A stretch of 32,000 nucleotides of DNA, from contig CAZONA010000005.1 of NCBI GenBank assembly GCA_964581025.1, positions 19,228 through 51,227 of the forward strand, read 5' to 3'. Within the stretch, counting starts at the first letter, position 1. Every line of letters begins with the position of its first letter. The position numbers were made by a program, and so were the translations under genes. This document shows positions 16,894 to 25,481 of the stretch, piece by piece. Below the pieces are notes generated by a model. It was not told the DNA's origin. It ran no database searches and was given only the letters and a program-made list of their open reading frames with translations. The DNA is from an uncultured Lachnospiraceae bacterium. GTDB lineage: Bacteria; Bacillota; Clostridia; Oscillospirales; CAG-272.

Positions 16894-16913
16894 TAGCTTT
16901 TGCAAAAATAGTG
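16871..16913. repeat. Perfect 16-bp inverted repeat overlapping the ssrA promoter and lying downstream of the DUF1846 gene
   Basis: CACTATTTTTGCAAAA at 16871-16886 and TTTTGCAAAAATAGTG at 16898-16913 are exact reverse complements. They are separated by 11 nt. Confidence 0.85.
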
Positions 16914-16921
16914 TACATAGG

Positions 16922-18418
16922 TCAGTCTATAAATATTTCTCTTATCTGATACTGCGGCTCGCTCGTTACGTTCATACCGAGCTTTTTGAGCACCTCGACG
17001 TCCGAGGCGGAGAGCATTACGGTTGAATGTATATCGCACCCAGAGAGCTTCGGGAGCTGCTTTAGCGCATGCGCCGCCGTTGCGGAGGTATGTGCCGAAA
17101 TTGAAAGTGCTATAAGTATCTCATTGACGTTCAATCTCTTATATGTTCTCGAGAGGTACTGGCATTTGAGCTTTTGCACGGGTTCGATGACCTCGGGGGC
17201 GAGAAGGTGAATTTCATCGGGGATACCGGTGATTGTTTTAAGTGCGTTAAGGAGCATTGCGGAGACGGACTCGAGCAGCTCGCCCGATTTTCCCGTGATA
17301 ATTCGACCGTCGGGAAGCTGCATTGCGCTTGCGGGGACTCCGCTCTGTGCGCTCTTTTGCTCTGCGGCGGCGACGACGGGGCGATAATTTTTATTTATCC
17401 CTGCCTCCTGCATAAGAAGCTCTATCTTACTCACTGCGGCTCTGTTTTTCTCGGTATCGTCCTCACGGCATGCGCAAAGTGCGTCGAAATACCGTCTTGC
17501 GATCTCGCCGCAGGCGGCTTTTCGCACGGCTTCGTCATCGACAATACAATTTCCTGCCATATTGACGCCCATATCGGTGGGCGAGCCGTAGGGCGACGAT
17601 CCGTCGTATATTTCCTTGAATATTGCGTCGAGCACGGGGAAAATTTCGACGTCCCTATTATAGTTTACTGCGGTGATCCCGTATTTTTCAAGGTGGTAGG
17701 GATCTATCATATTCACGTCGTTAAGATCCGCCGTTGCCGCCTCGTATGCGAGGTTGACGGGGTGGCGGAGGGGCAGATTCCATATCGGGAAGGTTTCGAA
17801 CTTCGCATATCCTGCCTTTATTCCTCGCCTGTTATCGTTGTAGAGCTGTGAGAGGCAGACTGCCATTTTTCCGCTTCCCGGTCCGGGACCGGTAACGATC
17901 ACAAGCTCCCTTTGCGTTTCGATATAATCGTTTTTGCCGTAGCCCTCGTCGCTCACGATGACCTTAAGGTTTGAGGGGTAGCCGGGGATGCTGTAATGGT
18001 GGTATATTTTCACGTTGCGCTCTCTGAGCCTGCGCTCGAATTTCTCGACTGCCGGGTGGGAGGCTTCAAACCGTGTGAGCACCACGCTTCCGACGTAGAG
18101 TCCGACGTTGCGGAAGGCGTCGATAAGTCGGAGGACGTCGAGGTCGTAGGTTATTCCGAGGTCGCCTCGCATCTTACTCTTTTCGATATCGTCCGTATTT
18201 ACCGCTATCACTATCTCCGCTCTGTCCTTAAGACGCAGGAGCATTTTGAGCTTGGAATCGGGCATAAAGCCCGGCAAAACTCGGCTTGCATGGTAGTCGT
18301 CAAAGAGCTTTCCGCCGAATTCGAGGTAGAGCTTACCGCCGAATTTCGCTATCCTATCGCCTATATGCTTGGATTGGAGCTCGATGTATTTTTGATTGTC
18401 AAAGCTTATGTTATTCAT
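16922..18418 (-). CDS. DUF1846 / UPF0371 family protein (function unknown)
   Basis: The product is 498 aa. Its N-terminus FDNQKYIELQSKHIGDRIAKFGGKLYLEFGGKLFDDYHASRVLPGF, and the later segments GYAKFETFPIWNLPLRHPVNLAYEAATADLNDVNMIDP and SPTDMGVNM, match my recollection of the UPF0371 family. A GAGGTG RBS lies upstream. Confidence 0.8.
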   Translation of the reverse strand: MNNISFDNQKYIELQSKHIGDRIAKFGGKLYLEFGGKLFDDYHASRVLPGFMPDSKLKMLLRLKDRAEIVIAVNTDDIEKSKMRGDLGITYDLDVLRLIDAFRNVGLYVGSVVLTRFEASHPAVEKFERRLRERNVKIYHHYSIPGYPSNLKVIVSDEGYGKNDYIETQRELVIVTGPGPGSGKMAVCLSQLYNDNRRGIKAGYAKFETFPIWNLPLRHPVNLAYEAATADLNDVNMIDPYHLEKYGITAVNYNRDVEIFPVLDAIFKEIYDGSSPYGSPTDMGVNMAGNCIVDDEAVRKAACGEIARRYFDALCACREDDTEKNRAAVSKIELLMQEAGINKNYRPVVAAAEQKSAQSGVPASAMQLPDGRIITGKSGELLESVSAMLLNALKTITGIPDEIHLLAPEVIEPVQKLKCQYLSRTYKRLNVNEILIALSISAHTSATAAHALKQLPKLSGCDIHSTVMLSASDVEVLKKLGMNVTSEPQYQIREIFID

Positions 18419-18427
18419 TAAGACACC

Positions 18428-18898
18428 TCAATCGTTTCCCGACTTGAATGCACGCTCGATATCCCGTGCCGCCGCATTTCTTGCCATATCATCACGCTTA
18501 TCGTAGAGCTTTTTGCCTCGGCAGAGTCCTATTTCCACCTTTACTCTCGAGCCCGACAAATATATACTGAGGGGCACGAGGGTATAGCCCTTCTGCGAGA
18601 CCTGTCCGAAAAGCTTAAGTATTTCACGCTTATGGAGCAAGAGTCGCCTCTGGCGCAGGGGATCTCTGTTATAGACGTTTCCCTGCTCGTAGGGGCTGAC
18701 GTGCATTCCGACGACGAAAACCTCGCCGTCCTTGATGTCGCAATACGCTTCTTTTATATTGACTCTCCCGGCACGTATGCTTTTGACCTCCGTACCGAAA
18801 AGCTCGATGCCTGCTTCGTACCGCTCGTCGACGAAATAGTCGTGGTACGCTTTTTTATTTTGTGCTATGAGCTTTACGGAGCTTTTCTTTTCAGCCAT
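18428..18898 (-). CDS. smpB: SsrA-binding protein SmpB
   Basis: The sequence reads [36 protein letters not shown]...LLLHKREI. The start was set at ATG 18898, with GAGAGGTGAGG 6 nt upstream, rather than at the GTG at 18910. Confidence 0.9.
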   Translation of the reverse strand: MAEKKSSVKLIAQNKKAYHDYFVDERYEAGIELFGTEVKSIRAGRVNIKEAYCDIKDGEVFVVGMHVSPYEQGNVYNRDPLRQRRLLLHKREILKLFGQVSQKGYTLVPLSIYLSGSRVKVEIGLCRGKKLYDKRDDMARNAAARDIERAFKSGND

Positions 18899-18931
18899 GA
18901 TCCGCCTCACCTCTCTTATCTGTTTTTATTT

Positions 18932-19474
18932 TCATTCATTTTCATTTTGTGAGCATGTCGGGCACTCGTCGAAAAAGCCGAGTGTGCGGGCAAGTGCAAT
19001 ATTACCCGAATACACCGTGCTCTCGCCGTCAAGCTTCTCGCATTCTGCGGAGCGGTGGTAGCACGAGCCGTCCCTTACGAAGAAAACGTCGCCCGTCTGC
19101 GCTTCTCTGGCATCAAGTGCCGCCCAAATCTCCTCACCGTCCGCACTCACGGCACCGCAACGGCTACACGCACCCGTTTTTCCTGCGAGCAATGCCTCGT
19201 CGAGCGAGCCGTGTATTATATTCTTGGAATTTCGTATATAGGAACAATTATAGGTCGAATGCCAGAGCGTGCCCGACTCCGTCCAAAAGACGTCGCCCTC
19301 GGCGGCAAGGAGGGAGTTCTTTTTATTTTCAATCTCCGCACGCACCGACGACACGGCGTCCGCATCCGCTCTGATGCCCGTATTCCTTTCCTCCTTCGGC
19401 GTGCACGAGGGCAAAAATATCCCGAGCGTCAAGCAGACCGATATCAAGATGAGCGTCGTTCTTATATTTTTCAC
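18932..19474 (-). CDS. Predicted lipoprotein with two tandem His/Cys (H-x4-C...C-x2-C) modules
   Basis: The start is GTG 19474 with GGAGG 6 nt upstream. The signal peptide and lipobox read VKNIRTTLILISVCLTLGIFLPSC. Two modules of about 47 aa follow: GDVFWTESGTLWHSTYNC...ACSRC and GDVFFVRDGSCYHRSAEC...ECPTC. The longer track ORF (start 19597) would overlap the GH13 gene and lacks an RBS. Confidence 0.7.
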   Translation of the reverse strand: MKNIRTTLILISVCLTLGIFLPSCTPKEERNTGIRADADAVSSVRAEIENKKNSLLAAEGDVFWTESGTLWHSTYNCSYIRNSKNIIHGSLDEALLAGKTGACSRCGAVSADGEEIWAALDAREAQTGDVFFVRDGSCYHRSAECEKLDGESTVYSGNIALARTLGFFDECPTCSQNENE

Positions 19475-19505
19475 GGTGCACCTCCGAGAACGGTTTACTA
19501 TGGTA

Positions 19506-19534
19506 ATATTATCACAATTTTGCGAATATATCAA
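19506..19534 (-). promoter_or_regulatory. Sigma-A promoter for the lipoprotein-smpB-DUF1846 unit
   Basis: The minus strand reads TTGATA (19534-19529), a 17-nt spacer ending in TGa, then TAATAT (19511-19506). Confidence 0.5.
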
Positions 19535-19557
19535 TCGTTTTTTTGAATTTTCACAAA

Positions 19558-19593
19558 TTTTTTCGGAGCTCCGGCATAAGAGCTCCGAAAAAA
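19558..19593. terminator. Terminator-like hairpin immediately after the GH13 stop codon
   Basis: The sequence reads TTTTTT, CGGAGCT, a 10-nt loop, AGCTCCG, AAAAAA. The arms are symmetric with A and T runs. The U-tract beyond the extended stem is weak on either strand. Confidence 0.5.
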
Positions 19594-21507
19594 TCATATT
19601 TGCTTCATTATTCTCGCCGTATGCGGATGGGCGACGAGGTCGTTTTCATACGTTTCGTAGGTGAGCATATCTATCCACCTTCCGTCTATCCTCGTGCGGT
19701 AATCCTCATCTCCGCCGTTTGCGATCACGACGACACGGGAGCCGTCCCGATATCTTTCGTAAACGAGGGCACGCTCGTCGTGCTCGAGAACACGGAAATC
19801 TCCTCTGTTGAAGGCGATCTCGAGCTTTCTCAGCTCTCCGAGCCTGCGATAATGCTCAAGCAGGGATTTATCCTCCCTGCCCCACGGGTATGTTTTGCGG
19901 CAGAAGGGATCGTGGTATCCCTCGACTCCCGCCTCGTCCCCGTAAAATACCGAGGGGACGCCGTAGACGGTATACTGTATTATTGCCGCCATTTTCAAGC
20001 GTTCCACGGCACGTGCTCTGTCCTCCCACGACATACGTGCGGTGGCAAGCTGGTCGTTCGACATATCGGGGCGATAATTATCGCCGAGGACGGTGAGTAT
20101 TCTTTCCGTATCGTGAGTGCCGAGAATATTCATAAGCGAATCGCTCACGACTCTCGGGTACGAGGAATATATCTCAACGAGGACGTTATAGAGCATTTCC
20201 GCACTTCCGCAGGTAACGAAGTCGATAATTCCGTTGCGGAGGGGGTAATTCATAACGCTATCGAGCTGTCTGCCGTGGAAATAGTGTCTGCGTTTACCGT
20301 AGGCGCATTTGACTGCGGCGTTTTCCCAAACCTCGCCGATGACGATGCCCTCATTATCGGAGCAGGCGTGTACTCGCTCACGGAGCTTATACAAAAATTC
20401 GTCGGAAAGCTCGTCTGCGACGTCAAGCCGCCAGCCGCCGATGCCCATTTTCGTATATTTTTCGATAACTCCGCCCTCGCCGAGAAAAAATTCCTTACAG
20501 GACTCCTCGCCGAGATCGAGCTTTGGGAGGACGTCGATATTCCACCACGATGCGTAGGTATTCGGATAACTTCTGAAGGTATACCAGCTACGGTAGGGGG
20601 ACGTGGGATCACGGTATGCTCCTCCCTCTCCGTACTTACCGTACCTATTGAAATAAAGGCTATCGTCGCCGGTATGGTTGAACACGCCGTCAAGTATTAT
20701 GCGTATTCCCTTCTCCCCTGCCTTAGATATCAGCTCACGCAGAGCCTGCTCGCCGCCGAAGCCCTCGTCGACGGTCATATAGTCGCCCGTATCGTATTTA
20801 TGGTTGGAATACGCCTTGAATATCGGACTTAAATATATCACGCCGACGCCGAGGGACTCGAGGTAGTCGAGCTTTTCCGCAACGCCGAAAAGGTCGCCGC
20901 CGAAGAACATATTATTATCGAGTCTATCCCCGGGGTTTCTTGCGTACTGGGGGACGCCGTTATACCAATCGCCGTTATAGACTGCGTCGCTCCTGTGGGG
21001 CAGCTCGTGCTCACCCTTTGCGAAGCGGTCGACGAAGATATGGTACATTATTCCGCCACCGAACCATTCCTTAGCTCCAAAATCGTCCTCATAGACGAGC
21101 AGGGAGAATTTTGAATCGGAATGGTACGAGAGCTCGAAATCGTAGTTATTTACGCTACTCGTAAAGAGCGTTCTCGTCCCTCGAAGGAGCAAAAATTCAT
21201 AGAAAAACAGCGCAGGAACCGGACCGCAGAGCTTACGCATATTGAGCTCGACAAAATATTCCTCTCGTCCGACCTCAAGGCTCATCACGGAGAGCGGAAT
21301 ATCCCAATACCCCTCCGTATCTCGATTTATTCTGAGCACGACGCCCTGTACTCCCATTCCCGTAGGCACGCTCACTCTGAAGCGCACGTCGTCGCACACG
21401 GAAAACGCCCCGCAGTGCGAGGCGTTTTTCCATGACGCATCAAGCTTAATTTCTTTTATTATTTCAACGCCGTTCACAGAGGCATTGTCCTTGAGCTGAC
21501 CGTACAT
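19594..21507 (-). CDS. Cytoplasmic GH13 alpha-glucan hydrolase (neopullulanase / cyclomaltodextrinase / alpha-amylase-like)
   Basis: The GH13 conserved regions are present: DGVFNHTG, GWRLDVADEL, GEVWEN and LGTHDTER. An N-terminal beta-domain of about 150 aa precedes them. No signal peptide is apparent. This is the last gene of the glg operon. The Shine-Dalgarno is weak, so the start is less certain. Confidence 0.82.
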   Translation of the reverse strand: MYGQLKDNASVNGVEIIKEIKLDASWKNASHCGAFSVCDDVRFRVSVPTGMGVQGVVLRINRDTEGYWDIPLSVMSLEVGREEYFVELNMRKLCGPVPALFFYEFLLLRGTRTLFTSSVNNYDFELSYHSDSKFSLLVYEDDFGAKEWFGGGIMYHIFVDRFAKGEHELPHRSDAVYNGDWYNGVPQYARNPGDRLDNNMFFGGDLFGVAEKLDYLESLGVGVIYLSPIFKAYSNHKYDTGDYMTVDEGFGGEQALRELISKAGEKGIRIILDGVFNHTGDDSLYFNRYGKYGEGGAYRDPTSPYRSWYTFRSYPNTYASWWNIDVLPKLDLGEESCKEFFLGEGGVIEKYTKMGIGGWRLDVADELSDEFLYKLRERVHACSDNEGIVIGEVWENAAVKCAYGKRRHYFHGRQLDSVMNYPLRNGIIDFVTCGSAEMLYNVLVEIYSSYPRVVSDSLMNILGTHDTERILTVLGDNYRPDMSNDQLATARMSWEDRARAVERLKMAAIIQYTVYGVPSVFYGDEAGVEGYHDPFCRKTYPWGREDKSLLEHYRRLGELRKLEIAFNRGDFRVLEHDERALVYERYRDGSRVVVIANGGDEDYRTRIDGRWIDMLTYETYENDLVAHPHTARIMKQI

Positions 21508-21519
21508 TGGTTAAATAAA

Positions 21520-23946
21520 TTACTCCGTTATCTTTTTGATATTCCAGAACTTGCCCGCATATTCCTCGATGCATCTGTCGGCTGCGAAGTAGCCGGCGGA
21601 GGCGATATTCATAAGGGACATTCTGTTCCATTTTTCCTTATTTGCATAATCTGCGATCATGCGCTCGTGAGTCGTGCGGTAGGATTCGAAGTCCGCAAGG
21701 CACATAAAGGGATCGGCAACGCCCATACCGGTGAGAAGGTATCTCGAGATATGTGCGAAGGACTGTCCGGCAAAGCCTCGGTTGAGGCAATCAATTATCT
21801 TACCGAGTCTGTTATTATTAGCGTAGAACTCGTTGGAATGGTAGCCTCTTGCCCAGATATCCTCGACCTCCTTTGCGGTGAGTCCGAAGATATACATATT
21901 TTCCTTACCTGCGGCGTCGAGCATTTCGATATTTGCGCCGTCAAGCGTACCGATGGTGAGTGCGCCGTTGATCATAAGCTTCATACAGCCCGTGCCGCTC
22001 GCCTCCTTACCTGCAAGTGAGATCTGCTCGCTTATCTCGGCGGAGGGGATGAGGCATTCTGCCATGCTTACGTTATAGTTCTCAAGGAACACCACCTTGA
22101 TCTTATCTCTTACCTGCGGATCCTGCTCGATCTCACGGCTGATGAAGCAGATAAGCTTGATTATCTCCTTAGCCATCTGATATCCCGACGCCGCCTTTGC
22201 TCCGAAGATGAAGGTCTGGGGCTGGACGTCGAGGTTGGGATTTTCCTTTATATCAATATAGAGGTTGATTATATTGAGCGCATTGAGAAGCTGACGCTTA
22301 TACTCGTGAAGTCTCTTGATCTGAACGTCAAAGACGGAATGGGTATCGAGGACTCTGCCGGTCTTTTTATAGATATGCTCGGCGAATTCCTTCTTATTCT
22401 CGTGCTTGATCGCTCTCACTCTCTCGAGAGTTGCGGGATCGTCCGCAAATTTCGCAAATTCTGCGAGCTGCTCGGGGTTATGGCGGTAGCCCGTTCCGAT
22501 CGACTCGTCAAGCAATGCGGCAAGGCGGGGGTTGGAATAGCAGAGCCATCTGCGGTGTGCGATACCGTTCGTAACGTTATCGAATCTATCGGGATACATA
22601 CGGTAGAAGTCCTTGAAGGTGCTCTCCTTAAGTATCTCCGAGTGGAGCTTCGAGACGCCGTTCGTGGAATGCGAACCGATGACGGAGAGGTTAGCCATTC
22701 TGACCTGACCGTAGCCGATGATGCTCATATTCGAAATTCTGTCCCAGTTGCCGGGGAAGGTATTCCAGGCCTCCTTACAGAATCTCTCGTTGATCTCCTT
22801 GAGTATCTGATAAATTCTCGGGAGCTTGAGCTTGAAGAGGTCCTCATTCCAAGTTTCAAGTGCTTCGGGAAGGACGGTATGGTTAGTATAGGAAACTATT
22901 CTCTGCACCATATCCCACGCTCTTTCCCAAGAGATATGGTAATCGTCGAGAAGTATTCTCATAAGCTCGGGAATGCAAAGTGCGGGGTGGGTATCGTTGA
23001 TATGGATAGCCACCTTATCGGGCAGATTATCTATCGTGCCGTAGACTGCCATGTGGTCTCGGATGATGCTCTGTATTGATGCGGAAACGAGGAAGTACTG
23101 CTGAGTCAAGCGAAGTATCTTACCCTCGGTATGGTTATCGGAGGGATAGAGCACCTTCGTAAGTATCTCCGCATTCGTGCTCTCCTCAAGAGCTTTCGCA
23201 TACTGTCCCTGCGAGAAAAGTCCCATATTAAAGTTATTGATATCTCTTGCCTTCCAGAGTCTGAGCAGCGATACTGCCTTCGAATCCGCGCCCGAGATCA
23301 TCATATCGTAGGGTACAGCCTCATACTCCTCGCAGCTGTCGTAAATGACCTCCATGTGATCCTCACGCCATTCCTCGCGGACGTGTCCGCCGAGCTTGAC
23401 CTTAAAGATCCTATCGGTTCTGGGTGTGAGCCACACCTCTCCGCCGGGAAGCCATACGTCGGGGAGCTCGATCTGCATACCGTCGACGATCATCTGCTTA
23501 AACAAGCCGTACTCATAGCAAAGCGAAAATCCGGTTGCCGGATAATCAAGCGACGAGAGAGAATCCATAAAGCACGCTGCAAGGCGTCCGAGTCCTCCGT
23601 TACCGAGTCCGGCGTCGGGCTCGCACTCATAAAGCTCCTCAAGATCAAAGCCGAGCCCCTCGAGAGCGCTCTTATAATTTCCTACGAGTCCGAGGTTACA
23701 AAGATTCGTCTTGAGCGATCTTCCGAGCAGAAATTCCATGCACATATAGTACACTCTTTTTCCGCCTGCGGCGTTAACGAGCTTCTTATATTCTCCTCTT
23801 TTTTCGCCGAGAATATCCTTAACGGTCATGGCAGCCGCCTTATACATCTGCTCCCTCGTTGCTTCTGCAGATGTACATCCAAAGTATCTGGCAAGCTTGC
23901 CCTCCAAATTTTCCGTGATTTCGTTCACTGTGGGTTGGTAATTCAT
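21520..23946 (-). CDS. glgP: Glycogen/maltodextrin phosphorylase (GT35)
   Basis: The product is 808 aa. The pyridoxal-phosphate lysine region reads EASGTGCMKLMINGALTIGTLDGANIE. The motifs GNGGLGRLAACF and NDTHPAL are also present. A GGAGGAC RBS lies upstream. Confidence 0.92.
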   Translation of the reverse strand: MNYQPTVNEITENLEGKLARYFGCTSAEATREQMYKAAAMTVKDILGEKRGEYKKLVNAAGGKRVYYMCMEFLLGRSLKTNLCNLGLVGNYKSALEGLGFDLEELYECEPDAGLGNGGLGRLAACFMDSLSSLDYPATGFSLCYEYGLFKQMIVDGMQIELPDVWLPGGEVWLTPRTDRIFKVKLGGHVREEWREDHMEVIYDSCEEYEAVPYDMMISGADSKAVSLLRLWKARDINNFNMGLFSQGQYAKALEESTNAEILTKVLYPSDNHTEGKILRLTQQYFLVSASIQSIIRDHMAVYGTIDNLPDKVAIHINDTHPALCIPELMRILLDDYHISWERAWDMVQRIVSYTNHTVLPEALETWNEDLFKLKLPRIYQILKEINERFCKEAWNTFPGNWDRISNMSIIGYGQVRMANLSVIGSHSTNGVSKLHSEILKESTFKDFYRMYPDRFDNVTNGIAHRRWLCYSNPRLAALLDESIGTGYRHNPEQLAEFAKFADDPATLERVRAIKHENKKEFAEHIYKKTGRVLDTHSVFDVQIKRLHEYKRQLLNALNIINLYIDIKENPNLDVQPQTFIFGAKAASGYQMAKEIIKLICFISREIEQDPQVRDKIKVVFLENYNVSMAECLIPSAEISEQISLAGKEASGTGCMKLMINGALTIGTLDGANIEMLDAAGKENMYIFGLTAKEVEDIWARGYHSNEFYANNNRLGKIIDCLNRGFAGQSFAHISRYLLTGMGVADPFMCLADFESYRTTHERMIADYANKEKWNRMSLMNIASAGYFAADRCIEEYAGKFWNIKKITE

Positions 23947-24001
23947 GTGTCCTCCAAATTAAATAAATAGGTTGCGATGGGTGCTAACTCACACCCGAGC
24001 C

Positions 24002-25435
24002 TTACATTCTTTCGTAAAGCATATAGTACTTTCTTGCGGACGTGCCCCAAGAGAAGTCCGTATCCATTATCTTCTTCACGAAGAGAGGATAAAGCTCATT
24101 ATTATGATAAAGCTCCAGAGCCGCAGAGGTGCGCTCGTAAAGCTCATCCGACGAATAGTTGGCAAAGGTAAAGCCGTTGCCGAGTATAGTTCCGTTAAGA
24201 AGCCAATAGCCCTTAATGGAATCGTAAAGTCCGCCCGTTTCTCTGACGACCGGTATTGCTCCGTATCTCGATGCGATCATCTGCGAGAGTCCGCACGGCT
24301 CGCTCTTCGAGGGCATAAGGAATATATCTGCCGCTGCATAGACGCATTTCGACAGGTCTCTGTCGTACATCATAAGCGCACGCACCTTATCGTTCCTGCA
24401 TCTCTCGAGATCGGTGAAGAAGTTCTCGTACTGAGCCTCTCCCTTTCCGAGCACGACGAGCTGTATATCGTAATTATCCACAAGTCTGTATGCGACGTCT
24501 CGCACGAGGTCAAGTCCCTTATGCGACGCAAGTCTCGAGATTATGGCGACGAGCGGAACGTCCTCACGCACGGGCAGACCGAGGCTCTTTTGGAGCTCCG
24601 TCTTATTGACTCTCTTTTTCTCGATCTCACCCGAGCCGTAATTATTATATATTGCGTAGTCCGTGCGAGGATCGTAGTAATCGTAGTCTATACCGTTGAG
24701 TATTCCCGTGAGCTTATGCGCATTCTTCTGAAGCATCGGCGCAAGCCCGTGGGCGTACTCGTCGGTCTTTATCTCCTCGGCGTATTTCGGGCTGACGGTG
24801 GTTACGACGTTTGCCATCTCGATGGCGCATTTCATAAGGTTGACGCAGCCGTTATAATCGAGGTAGTCCGAATGTCCGAAGCCGAACACGAAGCCGACAA
24901 TATTGCTCGGGAACTGTCCCTGATATTCGATATTATGGATGGTGAACACCGTCTTGATATTCTGGTATTCCCTTCTCCAGCGGAACTCAAAATTGAGATA
25001 AGTGATGGAAAGCGCCGCCTGCCAATCGTGTGCGTGGAGCACGTCCGGATAAAAGCCTATCTCGCCGAGCATCTGCACGCTCGCTTTACAGAAGAAGGCG
25101 TATCTTTCGCCGTCGTCGCCGAAGCCGTACAGATTTCCTCTCTTGAAATACTGCTCGTTATCTATAAAGTAGTAGGTAACTCCGTCCTTCTCGAGGCTGA
25201 GCACTCCGCAATAGAGATTTCTCCACGAGAGCTGGACGTTAAAGCTCTTTTCGAATTTCATTTTCGAACGCCACTCGGGCTTGATAGCGTCGTAGAGTGG
25301 CATAACGACTCTGACGTCGATATCCTCCCCGTATTCACGCTTAAGAGCTGTGGGAAGCGAGCCGAGAACGTCTCCGAGTCCTCCAGTAGCCGCAAACGGC
25401 ATTACCTCGGAGCCTACGAATAATATCTTTCTCAT
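24002..25435 (-). CDS. glgA: Glycogen synthase (ADP-glucose type, GT5)
   Basis: The N-terminus reads MRKILFVGSEVMPFAATGGLGDVLGSLP. The C-terminal region reads PSKSEPCGLSQMIASRYGAIPVVRETGGL. Confidence 0.92.
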   Translation of the reverse strand: MRKILFVGSEVMPFAATGGLGDVLGSLPTALKREYGEDIDVRVVMPLYDAIKPEWRSKMKFEKSFNVQLSWRNLYCGVLSLEKDGVTYYFIDNEQYFKRGNLYGFGDDGERYAFFCKASVQMLGEIGFYPDVLHAHDWQAALSITYLNFEFRWRREYQNIKTVFTIHNIEYQGQFPSNIVGFVFGFGHSDYLDYNGCVNLMKCAIEMANVVTTVSPKYAEEIKTDEYAHGLAPMLQKNAHKLTGILNGIDYDYYDPRTDYAIYNNYGSGEIEKKRVNKTELQKSLGLPVREDVPLVAIISRLASHKGLDLVRDVAYRLVDNYDIQLVVLGKGEAQYENFFTDLERCRNDKVRALMMYDRDLSKCVYAAADIFLMPSKSEPCGLSQMIASRYGAIPVVRETGGLYDSIKGYWLLNGTILGNGFTFANYSSDELYERTSAALELYHNNELYPLFVKKIMDTDFSWGTSARKYYMLYERM

Positions 25436-25481
25436 ATTTTACTCCTTTAACCGCAAATTTCAAAATTTTTCCGATATTCTA

